The notes beneath the pieces are model-generated. The model did no database searches and was not told where the DNA came from. It saw only the letters and a list, made by a program, of their open reading frames with translations. Below, piece after piece: positions 24,817 to 38,400 of a DNA stretch of 64,000 nucleotides. Origin of the DNA: Scyliorhinus canicula (taxonomy: Eukaryota). Each line of letters begins with the position of its first letter. Position 1 is the stretch's first letter. The stretch spans positions 41,729,440-41,793,439 of the forward strand of contig NC_052160.1 in NCBI RefSeq assembly GCF_902713615.1, in the 5' to 3' direction. Both the position numbers and the translations under genes were made by a program.

Positions 24817-25875
24817 CTGTATTTTTTGAAAGGGTACGCTAGTTTTCTGGTTTATTCCTGTGCAATGAAACTCTTTGCTGTCTGGAATGGCGATGAGGCA
24901 TGTACATACTATGATTGGTGGTTCTGTGTCAGTGTGAACCCAACAGTCTGTTTATCCTGTACAAACGGGCAATAGAATTCAGCTCACATGATTTTTAGAG
25001 TAAGTAGGAAATGGGTAATGATCCTTAACTCAATAGGAACAACTGCTGATCAATTAGAATCATGAAAGACTTGCATTTATGCTTTCACAATTTCACAACA
25101 TCATACAGCACTTTATCAATCAATGAGGTACTTTTGAAGTGTAGTCAACTTTCTAATAAAAGGATCATGGAATGATATCAGACAGAAGGAGGTCATTGAG
25201 TCTATTTTGCCTGTGGGGGCTCTTTGAAAGAACTAATCAGTTAGTCCCACTTCCTTGCTCTTCATAGTCCTGTAAATGTCTTCCCTTCAAATATTTATTC
25301 AATACCATTTTGAAAGTTGCTATTGATTCTCCTTCCACCACCCTTCCAGATCTTAACAACTTTCTCCATAATTTCTTTCCACATCCAGACCCAGAAAAAA
25401 TCAATGAGATAATGACTAGAATTTTAGTGACGATGCTTGAGGTTGAATATTGACTACAGCTACAGGGAGGAATCCTCTTGCTCTTCTTCAAATAGATCCA
25501 TGGATATTTTGTGTCCATTTAAGAAAGCATAAAAACATAGAAAATAGGAGCAGGAAGAGGCCATTTGGCCTTTTGAGGCACTCCGCCATTCATTAGGATC
25601 ATGGCTGATCAGCAAACTCTTATCCCGCTTTTCCCCCATATCCTTTGATCCCCTTCGCCCCAAGTGCTTTGTCTAACTGCTTCTTGAAAACATACAATGT
25701 TTTGGCCTCAACTACTTCCTGTGGTAACAGGTTCCACAGGCTCACACTCTGTGGATGAAGAAATGTCTTTTAATCTCTGCCCTAAATCGTCGATCCCATA
25801 TCCTCAGGCTGTGACCCTTGGTTCTGGACACCCCCGCCATCAGGAACATCCTTCCTGCATCTACCCTGTCTAGTT

Positions 25876-26355
25876 GGGCGGCACGGTGGCACAGTGGTTA
25901 GCATTGCTGCCTCAGAGCTCTGAGGACCTGGGTTCGATCCCAGCTCTGGGTCACTGTCTGTGTGGATTTTGTACATTCTTCCCGAGTCTGTGTGGGTCTC
26001 ACCCCCACAACCCAAATATGTGCAGGATAGGTGATTTAGCCATGCTAAATTTCCACTTAATTGGGAAATAAAAGAATTGGGTACGCTAAATTTTTGTTTA
26101 ATCTACCCTGTCTTGTCCTGTTAAGATTTTATAGGTTTCGGGCGGCACGGTGGTGGAGTGGTTAATACTGCTGCCAACCGCTGAGGACCCGGGTTCGATC
26201 CGAGCCCTGGGTCACTCTCTGTGTGGAGTTTGCACATTCTCCCCGTGTCTGCGAGGGTCTCACCCCCACAATCCAAAGACATGCAGGTGAGGTGGATTGG
26301 CCACACTAAAATTGGCCCTTCATTGGAAAAAAAATTATTGGGTACTCCAAATTTA
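25876..26355 (+). mobile_element. Two tandem tRNA-derived SINEs inside a CR1 3' fragment
   Basis: Heads at 25876 and 26139; the first is flanked by the TSD ATCTACCCTGTCT. Confidence 0.85.
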
Positions 26356-26541
26356 GTGGCCACAGAGGAGTCAAAAACGAGAGACGTAGGGAAACTTATT
26401 TTATTACAAAGTAAACTATATACACCCCAGGTCCCAGCTGGGATTACTCATACTCGGCTCCCATCTTTTATACCAGAGTCAATTTACTCCGCTGATGGGC
26501 CCCTGCCACTCAGCAGGGAAGCTCGTATTCTACGAGGCTAA

Positions 26542-26583
<42 letters not shown>

Positions 26584-27510
26584 CTAATTGGTCCGTCCCG
26601 GACATTGCAATCAGAGTTTTGACTTCTATATTTGGGGCATTGAGAAAAGTGATTGTAATGAAATTTGGTTTGATCACAGTTAGAGTACTGTAATATCCTG
26701 CACGGGACCTATGGGGTGTGAATGCTTGTGCTTCCTTGAAGATTATGAGCTCCCCCACGAGGGGTGGGGTATCTCAATTACCCAGTGTATATAAGGTCGG
26801 CCAGTAAAGCACAAACCAAGCAGGAACCTGGTCGGAGTCTAACGGGTAGTGTATATACTGTCTGTGTAAATAAAACATTTGTTATGGGCCAGGGTTTAGA
26901 GAACCCTAAAGTGTATCATGGAGTTCACCTGACCCACAACTTTTAATGGGGAGCACATGGCCCACTCTACAGGTGTGGTACAGCAGAAATGGAAAGTATT
27001 TTTTAAAGCAAAACAATGTTTATTCTATGAACTCAAGTTAACCTTTTTAAAACATACAGTGAACATCTTAGCAACCATTAATTCAAATACAACCCCCAAA
27101 GAATACAACACTAAGTAATCCTTAATATCTTCCCAAACAACATCCAGAAGACAAAAGAAACACCTTTTAACAGAAGCAAATTAGGTTTACATTCACTACT
27201 GAGAACATGTATAATTCTGAATTCACCAAATTATCAAGAGATAGTCTTTTCATGGCAGAGAGATCAAGAGTACACCTGCTTTGTCTGGCTTCAGCTCCAC
27301 CACTGAAAACAAAACTAAAATACACCTTGCAGAAAACAGCCTAAAACAAAAGTAAAAAGCCGACAGACAGCCCAGCTCCACCCACACTCTGACATCACTG
27401 ATAAACATCCATTTCTTAAAGGTACATTTCTTAAACACTAATTTCTTAAAGGTACTCTCACATGACACTTTGTTTTACTTGGTGTGGACTCACCGTGTCC
27501 TTATTAAAAG
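26355..27510. mobile_element. Cluster of solo LTRs (about 26355-26603; about 26654-27510 with a nested LTR at 26880-27467)
   Basis: TGTAATG start with TATATAAG/AATAAA; nested TGTTATG..CATGACA with CATT/CTTT flanks. Confidence 0.6.
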
Positions 27511-27654
27511 TACTGTGAACAGTTTTAGGCACCCATGAGAGAAAAGAACTTTAAAAAAGTATTGAACGTAAGTTAACCAAATGATGTTGATCGGGCAGTG
27601 AGCTAGCATGGACACAACAGGCCGAACGGCCTCTTTTGCCGTGGTAACCATTTT

Positions 27655-30370
27655 ATGATAAAAGCAAATTACTGCGGATGCTGGAATCTGAAACGAAAGA
27701 GAAAATGCTGGAAAATCTCAGTAAGGCTGGCAGCATTTGTAGGGAGAGAAAAGAGCTAACGTTTCGAGTCCGATGACTCTTTGTCAAAGCTAACAGACAG
27801 ACAAAGTGGGAAATATTTATACTGTGGAGTGAGAATGAAAGATGAGTCATAGCCACAGAAACCCAGGGAAACCGGGTACTAATGGCCACAGAAACCAAGG
27901 GGAAAGAGTGCTAATGGCAGTTCCCAGAGAGGACAAAAGATGTGAAAGGTCAAACAGCAGGGAAACTAACATCAGAGGATGAACTGTAGTTGTGGGGGGA
28001 GGGGAAGGGGGAAGCAAAGAGGAGAAAGATGAAGGAAAGGTGGATAAGAATGGGGGGGGGGAGGAATTAAATATATATTAAGAAATAAATGGTAAAAGAC
28101 AGTTAAAATGAAATGAAAACAAATGGGTCGAGGTGGGGTAGAGCTGATCATCTGAAATTGTTGAATTCGATGTTCAGGCCGGAAGGCTGTAGCGTGCCTA
28201 ACCGGAAGATGAGATGTTGTTCCTCCAGTTTGCTTTGCGCTTCACTGGAACATTGCAGCAGGCCAAGAACAGACATGTGGGCATGGGAGCAGGGTCTTTT
28301 GTTAAAATGGCAAGCAACAGGAAGGTCAGGGTTCTGAATGCGCACAGACCGAAGATGCTCAGTCTGCGTTTGGTCTCTCCGATATAGAGAAGACCACATT
28401 GGGAGCAACAAATGCAGTAGACCAAATTGGAAGAGATGCAAGTGAAATGCTGCTTAACCTGGAATGAGTGTTTTGGGCCTGGGATGTTAAGCATGGAAGA
28501 GGAAAAGGGGCAGGTGTTACACCTTCTGCGATTGCATGGGAAGGTGCCATGGGTGATGGGAGAGCTACTAGGTATGGTGGAAGAGTGGACTAGATGTCTC
28601 GAAGGGGAACGGTTCTCTGCGGAATGCTGACAGAGGGAATGAAGGGAAGATGTGTTGGAGTTGGCGAAAATGGCGGAGGATTATGCTTTGTATACGGAGG
28701 CTGGTGGGATGAAATGTGAGAACGAGGGGGACTCTATTTTTGTTCTGGGAGGGAGTGGAGGGGGCGAGGGTAGTGGCGCGGGAGATGGATCGCACACTGT
28801 TGAGGGCCCTGTCCACTACTATAGGTGGGAAATCACGTTCGAGGAAGAAGGAACACATTTTTGAAGCACCATTTTGGAAAACGGCATCATCGGAACAAAT
28901 GCGACGGAGGCAAAGGAGTTGAGGGAAAGGGATGGAGTCCTTACAGGGTGTAGAGTGAAAAGAGCTGTAGTCCAGATAGCTGTGGGAGTCAGTGAGCTTG
29001 TAGTGGATATTAGTGGATAGTCTATTGCCAGAAACGGCGACAGAACAGTCAAGGAAAGGAAGGGAAGTGTCTGAAATGGGCCAGGTGAAAGTGATGGAGG
29101 GGTGGAAACTGGAAGCGAAGTTGATGAATTTTTCCAGGTCCGGGCGAGAGTATGGCACGGCAACAAAATAGTCATCAATGTATCAGTAAAGGAATTGTAG
29201 GAGGGGGCCTGGATAGGCCTGGAACAAGGATTGTTCCACATACCCCATAAAAAGGCAGGCGTAGCTAGGACCCATGCGGGTACCCATTGCTACACCTTTG
29301 ATTTGGAGAAAGTGAGATGAGTTAAAGGAGAAGTTGTTGAGATATAGAACGAGTTCAGCCATGCGAAGGAGAGTGGTGGTGGATGGGAATTGTCCGGGCC
29401 TCTTTTCGAGAAAGAAGCGAAGAGCTCTCAGGCCATCCTGGTGTGGGATGGAGGTGTAGAGGGATTGAACATCCATGGTGAATAGAATGCGGTTAGGGCC
29501 CGTGAAATGGAAGCTGTCAATATGACGCAGTGCATCAAAGGAATCCCGGATGTAGGTGGGGAGGGACTGGACCAGAGGTGTGAGGATGGAGTCAAGATAA
29601 GAGGAAATAAGTTAGATGGGGCAAGAGCATGCTGACACAATGGACCTGCCGGGACAGTCTTTTTTGTGGATTTTGCGAATGTGGCGCTAACAATTGCACT
29701 CAAAGACGAGAGACAAGTACAATCGAGGCTTTATTGCTGTGTGATGCTATTCCTCCGGCTGCAACTGTAGACTAGGGTCTGAGTGACTCACACGCATATT
29801 TATACACAAGCTCCCTGTGGGCGGAGCTAGCCGGCAGGGGCTTACCGGAGGAACCTGTATTACAGGTACAGCCATACATCCCCCTACTGCAAGTATGCAT
29901 ATCTACAGTGGTTATCACCACAGGGAAGTAGGTAAAAGCGGGCTGTCCGGGGTTGGGAGACTATGAGGTTGGAAGCTATAGGGGGAAGGCATCCGGAGGA
30001 AATGAGGTCGGTAAAGGTGTTGGAGATAATGGCTTGATGTTCAGAGGTCTGGTCATGGTCCAGGGGAGGTAAGAGGAAGTATCGGAGAGTTGGTGGTCAG
30101 CCTCTGCGAGGTGGAGGTCAGTGCGCCAGACGACAACAGCACCCCCTTTGTCGGCAGTTAGTCAGGATTAGACCTGATGGGGTGAAGAGCAGAAAGTTCA
30201 GAAGGAGAGAGGTTGGAATGGGTGAGGGGGGCAGAAACATTGAGAGGGCCATCGGACAGTTCTCAATGAAAAGATCAAGGGCAGGTAATTGTGGGGGGGG
30301 GGGGGTCCACTTGGAGGCAGAATGTTGGAGGCACATGAAAGGATCAGCAGAAGGGGGTGGAGGATTCTAT
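27655..30370 (-). mobile_element. Penelope-like element (RT + GIY-YIG endonuclease), broken
   Basis: MDVQSLYTSIP, QIKGVAMGTRMGPSYACLFMG and YIDD RT motifs; NLVYCICCSQCGLLYIGETKR GIY-YIG; pLTR-like 3' end. Confidence 0.92.
29680..29922 (-). mobile_element. Solo LTR inside the Penelope RT
   Basis: TGTGG..CACCACA ends, near-identical 5-bp flanks GCGAA/GGGAA, minus-strand TATAAA and AATAAA. Confidence 0.8.
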
Positions 30371-30419
30371 TTTTATGAACCATTTTATGATTCTTTCTTC
30401 ACAATTCATCAGCAGTCCT

Positions 30420-30765
30420 TGTCCATTAACCACGCCCACTGATTGCCAAAAGCCAATCATTATCCCAGACCACCGCCGTCAATCAAAGTAACCACGCCTT
30501 CCAGCGGCAGTAAAGCACCAATCAGGTGCGCTATATTCACCGAGCCCGTGCCCGGTCTGATGTCAATCATCCCTGACCCCGCCCAGAAAGGCGGATCTGC
30601 GCAGCTGCCAGGGACGCTCCAAAACCTAGCCCCGCCCCTCGCCGCTGTCAATCACATAGACCCGCCCCCATTAGGAACCAATCATCCTTTAGTGCCGGTC
30701 CACGAGGCTCAGGAGCGGAAGTTGTCAGTGTGCTCCCAGCGGGCCCTCGGTTCTGACGGGCAACG
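30420..30765 (+). promoter_or_regulatory. UBFD1 CpG-rich promoter / 5' UTR
   Basis: Several CCAAT boxes, CCCGCCC GC boxes, GTCAATCA motifs and an ETS motif (GCGGAAGT, about 30715) just upstream of the ATG. Confidence 0.75.
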
Positions 30766-30781
30766 ATGGCGGATCGGGACG
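30766..30781 (+). CDS. UBFD1: UBFD1 coding exon 1 (MADRD + G)
   Basis: acgATGG start in a CpG-rich promoter, 16 nt, GTAGGT donor. Phase 1 joins exon 2 in frame (G+AG = Glu). Confidence 0.75.
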
Positions 30782-31099
30782 GTAGGTAGCGGTTTGGGCC
30801 GAATGCTGAGCTCGGACAGTCGGTCTGTCCACAACAGGGCACTGCTTTACCAGCTGCATGGCCCATACCGACAAACTGACAACATCATTGCAGGGACTCT
30901 TTTGTCACTGGACAAGAGTTGAATAAGGAGTTAAGGCCCAGTTGAGGTCAGGGTACTAAAATGTAAGGGGAATGGGTATGCAGTGGACCCGGGTGCAAGT
31001 TGTGGTGGCGCAGAGTTAGGTGCGTCGGCTGGAGGTGTAAGAGTGCAAGGATCCGGGAAGAACGGGCTGGAGACCGGGGTGCAAAAGTGGGGAAGGACT

Positions 31100-32400
31100 G
31101 GTGTCGGGGGGGTTGGAAGGATGGGTTATGGGGATGGGGGGGGGGGGGGTGGAAACAAGGGCAGGGGAGGATTGTGTATAGTTTTGGGAGAGGGGGGGAA
31201 TGGTTGGTTGGAAGAGTCGGACGATGGGGGGGTGGGGGGTTGGTATGGCTCGGGGAATGAGTTGGTTGGGGTGGGTTGGTTGTTGGAATCTGGGGGGTGG
31301 GTGGGTGGGTTGGAATATGGGGGGGGTGGTTGGTTGGAATCTGGTGGGCGGGCTTTGGAATATGGGGGGGGTGGGTGGGTTGGAATCTGGGGTGGGGGGT
31401 TTGGAATGGGGTTGGAATATGGGGGGGGTGTGGGTGGTGTGGAACTATGGGCGGGGGGGTGGGGGTGGGTTGGAATATGGTGGGTGGGTGGGTGGAATGG
31501 GTGGGTGGAATATGGTGGGTGGTGGTGGGTTGGAATAGGGTTGGGTTGGAATATGGGGGGGATGGGGGGTTGGGAATATGGGGGGGTGGGTTGGAATATG
31601 GGGGGTGGGGTGGGGTGGGTTGGAATATTGGGGGGGGGTGGGTTGGAATATGGGGGGTGGGTGGGTTGGAATATGGGGGGGGTGGGTTGGAATATGGGGG
31701 GTGGGTGGGTGGGTTGGAATATGGGGGGGGTGGGTTGGAATATGGGGGGGGGGGGTGGGTGGGTGGTTGGAATATGGGGTGGGTCGGTGGGTGGGTTGGT
31801 TGGAATATGGGGTGGGTCGGTGGGTTGGTTGGAAGATGGATGGGGGTGGGTTGGTTGGAAGATGGGGGTTGGGTAGGTTGGAATGGGTCGGAGATTGGGG
31901 GGGGGGGGGTGGGTTGCAATGGGTCGGGGATGGATTGGATGCAATTGGTCGGAGATGGGGGTGGGTTGGTTGCAATGGATCGGAGATGGCGTGGGTGGGT
32001 TGGTTGCAATGGGTCGGAGATGGCATGGGTGAGTGGGTTGATTGCAATGGGTCGGAGATGTGGGTGAGTGGGTTGATTGCAATGGGTCGGAGATGTGGGT
32101 GAGTGGGTTGATTGCAACGGGTCGGAGATGTGGGTGAGTGGGTTGATTGCAATGGGTCGGAGATGTGGATGGGTTGGTTGGTATGGGACGGAGATTGGGG
32201 GGGGGGGGAGGGTTGGAGAGGGGGAATGGGTTGGGAGGATAGGTTAGAAAGGGGGGGTGGAAGTGTCGGAGAGGGGTGATGGGTTGGAGAAGGGGTCTGA
32301 GACCGGGGGATGGGTTTGGAATGGGTTGGAGACTGTGGGAGCAGGTTGGTTGGAATCGGGTTAAGGTGGGGGGGAAAGAGATGATGGGTTGGGGGGGGGG
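31100..32400 (+). repeat. G-rich minisatellite in UBFD1 intron 1
   Basis: (GGGTTGGAATATGGGGG..)n grading into a 35-bp unit GGGTCGGAGATGTGGGTGAGTGGGTTGATTGCAAT. Confidence 0.9.
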
Positions 32401-32539
32401 GGTAAAAGAGGCTCAGCGGGGGGTGCCACAGATCTAGTTTTAAAGTGGCTGGTTTATTTTTACAAAATTATGTTTGTGGCATCTTTGTTAACTTTTCTAA
32501 TGTTGACAATGTTTATTATGGGGGAGGAATGGTTACGGC

Positions 32540-35290
32540 TAAAGTCACAGAATTATTACAGTGCAGGAGGAGGCCATTCTGCCCATTGTGTGGAAATAGC
32601 TCTCCAAATAAGCTTTTCATCTAGTGTTATCTCTTCCCTTACCCCCACAGACTGCTTTTCAAATAGCTATCTAATATTCTCGTACAGCTTTTGTCAATTA
32701 CTTTAAAACTGTGACCCCTCGATCTTGAACCTTTCAGGAGTGAGAATGGTTTATGTCGTCGTCGTCCCCCACTTGTTTACTGATTTTGAACAGTAAAATC
32801 AATTAAATCTCCTCTCAGCCTTCTTTTCTCCAAGGAAAACAGTCCAAATTTCTCCAATCTATCTTTAACTGAATTTCCCATCCCAGGGACCATTTTCATG
32901 AATCTGTACTCTTTCCAATGTGTTCAAATACGGTGCCCAGAGCTGAATGCAATTCTCGAGCTTCGGTCCAACTGGTGTCTGATAACATGGTTCGACATAA
33001 CTTCCTTGCTCTTGTACTCTATGCCCCTATTAATAAAGCCTAGTTTACTGTGTGCTTTACCACTCTCTGAACTTGTCCTGCCATGTTTAGTGACATACAC
33101 ATATGAACCCAGTTCACTATACTGCTTGCACCTCTTTTAGAATAGTGCCCTTTTATACAGTCTCATGTCTTTCCAACCAAAATTTATCCAATCACATTTC
33201 TCTACACTGGATTTGGATTTTGTTTATTGTCACGTGTACAAAGGTACAGTGAAAAGTATGTTTCTGCGAGCAGCTCAACAGATCATTAAGTACTGAAAAG
33301 AAAAGGAAATAAAATAAAATGCATAATAGGGCAACACAGGGTACACAATGTGACTACAAAACACTGGCATCGGGTGAAGCATACAGGGGTGAGGCGATAA
33401 TGAGGTTAGTCCATAAGAGGGTCATTTAGGAGTCTGGTAACAGCGGGGAAGAAGCTGTTTTTGAGTCTGTTTGTGCGTGTTCTCAGACTTTTGCATTTCC
33501 TGACCGATGGAATACTGGACTTCATCTGGTACCTCTCTGCCAATTCCACCAACCTGTCTATGGCCTTTTGATGTTCTACACTGTCCTGCTCACAGTTTAA
33601 AATGCTTGCATTATTTGCAGGTTTTGAAATTGTTCCCTGTACACCAAGATCATATATATATGTACTGTTACAGCGGAACTTTACTCACTGGTGTGTTGTA
33701 CACCACACCAACTATCTCCAACAAGTTAGTTATACAAGATATTTCCTAAAGTAATGCATTCTGATTATCCTTAATTAACTCCCATTTGTTCACGCAACTA
33801 TTAATTCGGTCCCAAATGAAAGTTTCTAGAAGTTTCTCCATGACCAAAGTTAAACTGACCAGGCTTACATTTACACCCTTTTTTGAACAAGGGTGTTAAA
33901 CTTGGAATTCTCCTGTTCTCTGGCCAGTCCATCTGCAGTTTCCACTCATTTCCCTTCATATCCTTGGATGCATCTCATCCAGTCCCAATGCCATGTCAAC
34001 GTTAAGTACAGACCACCATCCAGTACCACCATTGTATCAATTTTAAACCCTTGTAGTGACTGAATTGCCTCTCCTTTCACCATGGCCTTGGTTTCAGCAG
34101 CTTTCTTGCTGAAAACTGAGCAAAATATTAATTTAATATCTTAGCCATACCTCCTGCCTCCATGTGTAAATCCCCTTTTATGTCCCTAATCAGCGCCACC
34201 ACTCCTTTTCCTACCATTTTACTGTTTATATGCTGAAAGAGGACTTTGGCATTCGCCTTGGCAGCCATTCTGTTTTCATATTTCACATCTTTGCCTTTTC
34301 ACCTCCCCTCTGAACCTCCAGTATTTAGCCTGAACTTTCTATTATAGTGTCGTAGAATCCCTACAGTGCAGAAGGAGGCCATTCGGCCCATCGAGTCTGC
34401 ATCACCCCACTGAAAGCGCACCCTACCTATGCCCATTCCCACACCCTGTCCTGCAAACCTGTTCAGCCTGGGCACCTTTAGGCACTTGAGGGGCGTTTTA
34501 GCATGATCAATCCATCTAACTTGCACATTTTGGAACTGTGGGAGGAAATTAGAGCCTGGAGAAACCCATGCGACATGGGCGCACGTTCAGACTCTGAAGA
34601 GACAAGTCACCCAAGGCCTGAATTTAAACCCTAGTGCTGTGAGGCAGCGGTGCTAACCTCTTTGAAGGCAGACTATTGTGAGCTACTGTTTCTCTTGCCA
34701 ACCGTTGGGTCAATTTATTCAGTCCAGATCTGTTCTTACCCCATTAAAGTTGACTTTCTTGCAGTTTATTGCGCTTCCTCTGGGTTGTTCTGTCTTTTTT
34801 CATAGTCATTGTAGACTTTATGGTACAGTGATCTCTCCCATCGATGTTCTCCCACTGATATTTGATCTGCTTGGTCCATCTCATTCCCAGGAACCAGGCC
34901 TAGCAGTACCTCCTTTCACATTGGACTGGATCCATACTGCTATAGAAAATTCTCCTGAAGACTCTAGGAACTCTTGCCCCTCTCTGCCCTTTAAACCACC
35001 ACTATCCCTGTTGTATTTGGATACTTAAAGTTCCCTTTATAGCTACTCTGTAGGTTTTGTTATGTCTCCTCTAATGTCCTTGCAGATTTGTTCTTCTATA
35101 TTCTTCCCACTAGTTGTGGGCCTATAGACAACACTGAGCAACGTGATTGCACTTTTTCTTTTTGTTCCTTAGCTTCAGCCAAATTGATTGTGCCTGTGAC
35201 CTGGCTGGGACATCCTCTTTTTCTAGCACTGCAGTGCTCTCCTTAATCAATACCACCACCCTGTACCCTTTTCTTCCTTTGCTAACTTTG
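32540..35290 (-). mobile_element. Old CR1 fragments with inserted SINE/L2-type pieces (33210-33510, 34350-34660)
   Basis: Decayed CR1 3' end and EN/RT remnants; SINE body. Confidence 0.6.
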
Positions 35291-35479
35291 TGATCTTGGC
35301 TTGTGTGGGAGATTCAGAATATTTTTAATCTATTGAACCAACTTGAGGGACTTGATGACAGCAGTTACAATTTAGATAAATTTGATAGATCCAAAAATAT
35401 TTTCTGAAAGAAATATGTGTATGAGTAATTTGCGCAACATGAATGTAAGTTGCTTGGGAGGGGCAGATGACTTTGAGTT

Positions 35480-38400
35480 TATGGGAACTGGCTCAGAGTG
35501 GAGCTGGGAATTACACTACAGTGCCTGAGGGAGAATTCAGAATGTCCAATTCACCTAACGAGCACGTCTTTCGGAACTTGTGGAAGGAAACCCATGCAGA
35601 CACGGGGAGAGTGTGCAGAGTCCACACAGACAGTGACCCAAGCGGGAATCGAACCTGGGACCCTGGCACTGTGAAGTGACAGTGCTAACCACTGTATTAC
35701 CATGCCGCCGATTATGAAATATGTGTTCGAGTAATTTGCAAGGTGAATGTATGTTGCTTGGGAGGAGCAGTCCTGAAGGACTGTTTCTTTCTAAAACTGA
35801 TATCCACCAGAACAGCACCGTGCATTTATATTCCATTGCTAACAGTAAAGTTCACAAGGCCTTTGACAGGAGTCACTACCAGAGGGCAGTCACTAGAACG
35901 GCAGGCAGGACTTAGTCAAATAGCTATGTTTTCTGGTACAACCTCAAGGAATAGGGAGGAAATTTCAGATTTTGGGACACAGGCAGTTGAAGACATGACT
36001 GCCAATGCTGGAGAGATTGAAATCTGCTGTATAATTAGCCAGAATTGGAGTAGAGCATAGATCTGAGTTGTAAGGGTTAGAGATTAGAGAAAAGGGTCAT
36101 GAGGCATAGTTAAAATTAAATACATGGGATGAGAATTTTAAAAGGTGCACCATCTCAGTCATTTAAAACTACTTAACTCTAACCTCTTCAAATGTTGCTG
36201 GCTGGGGATCCAAACCACCAAAATGCATGGAAAGGCCCTCCGTTTAATAGCTAACATGGCTCTCAGACTTCTAGCAACACAGTGCCCCGTCAAGACTGCA
36301 CTGACATGTCAACCAAGATACTGAGTTGACATCCTAAAGTGAGGCTTGAAGCCACAGCTGCCTGAAGTGCTACCATATTAAAGTAAAATAAACTTATTCT
36401 GTGAATAAGTCACTTCACATCAAATAAATGATTGACACAAAGTTTTTAAAAAATGTTTGGGGAGATGTGGTAAAGTGCTATGCAGGCCTTCATTTCCCCT
36501 TCAGTACATGCACATTTGTGCCAGACTCTCCTATTTTTCCCCCTACTTTTTAACAGTCCCAAATTGATTTGTTTAAAAAAAAATTGCGCTGAAATCTTAC
36601 ACAAGTCTGTTGCCCGAATGTTATGAGAAAAGATTACCCTCTCCTACTTTGCTGTCACTCCCACCTCTTTTGATGCGTAACAAAGTTCATTAACCATTTG
36701 TTCCTAGAACTAAATCAGTTTTTATTTTGTTTAAACAGGAAATAAAGTCTGAGTGAATGTTTTCAGCTTATGGAGAGCAACAGTTCTCTGGTATTTGGAA
36801 GTGATCAGCAGAGTTTTATCAATTGACGATGTCTCCTTGCTTGGTGCCACTGGATTAGATTCACGTGTAAGCATTTCATATTAGGAGGTAGATAATATTG
36901 GAGCTGTTCGCAGGTGATTGGAGGGGTGAGCACTGTCTTATCTTTTCCCAATAATACTTTATACAGGCCACTTATGTGCGCATTGGCAGGCTACGCCTCT
37001 GGGAATTATTACAGCTGAACCTGATCCTGTCCTCGAATGCACACATTCTGTCCAGTAGGTGTTTTGTTGGGTAGCAATCAAAATAAATCTTGCTTTGCAT
37101 TGTAACGGTCAAGTAATTGAAATGTTGGAAAGGGTTTTCTCTTCATGAATTACTTAGTGAATGTTAAGTAAGTGTCACTAGCAGCCAATCTGCTCAGGTA
37201 AATGGCACCAAATTGAAAGACTGACTTGTCTCGGCTTGATGATGCCTGTGGGTCAGGAGAACACAAAACTCTCAAACTTTCATCTAATCATGTGTTTGGG
37301 TCGTCTCTTAATACCTGTGTGAAGTTGACACTTCTGACAACGCAACACTGGAGTATTTGGTGATGCTCTGTATTCATGCCATAGCTGAGGATGCCGAACA
37401 ATGTTAAGGCACTACAGCCAATTTAAAAACCCACATCCCTGATGGGATGGAATCTGATCTGCAAGACTTACTGTTGAAGCCACTGCTACAGTTACCACTG
37501 GACAATCTGCCCTACATTTTCATATAAATATTTATGCTCTAATTCTTTATTATTTGTGTACTGAAATGGATAAGGAATATTTAACTCTGGAAGGAAGTAC
37601 TTAACAGTTCTGTTTGACGTTCTCTAGAGCTGGGTACCAAAGCAGTGAAGTATACGTTGTATTGTGTAGTTGGTGTGCTGTTACTCTCTTGTTCAACATT
37701 TATATTTTTTTTAAAAAGAAAAAAGTGTAGAGTACCCAATTCTTCTTTCCACTTAAGGGACATTGTTGCGGGGCCAGTTCATCTACTCTGCATATCTTTT
37801 TGGATTGTGGGGTGAGATCCACACAGACACGGGGAGAATGTGCAAACTCCACATGGACAGTGACCCAGGGCTTGCATCGAACCCGGGTCCTTGGCACCAT
37901 GAGGCAGCAGTGCTAACCACTGCGCCACCATGCTGCCCTGTTTAACATCATCTAATGTTTTTTTTAAAGTTGAGGCTGAATGTCCCTTTTTCATATGGAA
38001 CATGTTTTGTCTAATACCACAGGCATTTTCTGCACTACTAGGTTTATTTTTCAGTAAATCATCTCGACATTGTTAGAAATATAAAACTTTCTGCAGTGAT
38101 GTACATGGACAGTTGATACTAAGTGATGTAGTGCGAGAGGCCTGAGGATAGCAGGACCAGGATATGCAGATAAAATTCAAAGTCCTACATTTCATCATTA
38201 TTTTTATAATACTTTGATTTCATAGTTAAATAGCAAAACTCAAGCCAATTTGGGAATCAGAGCTAGTTGCTGCGAAATAGGTTTTTCTGCAGGGTCTGGT
38301 TGATATAAAAGAACATACTGCACTGCCACTGATGGGGGTGTAGCTACACTTTAAATAATATTTTATTGGTGAAAAATATGGCAAATGTTCTACAGATAGC

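Noticed and set aside
30948-32152. Long Pro-rich and Gly/Trp-rich ORFs on both strands
   Set aside because: By-products of the G-rich minisatellite; they lie in UBFD1 intron 1 and show no domain signal.
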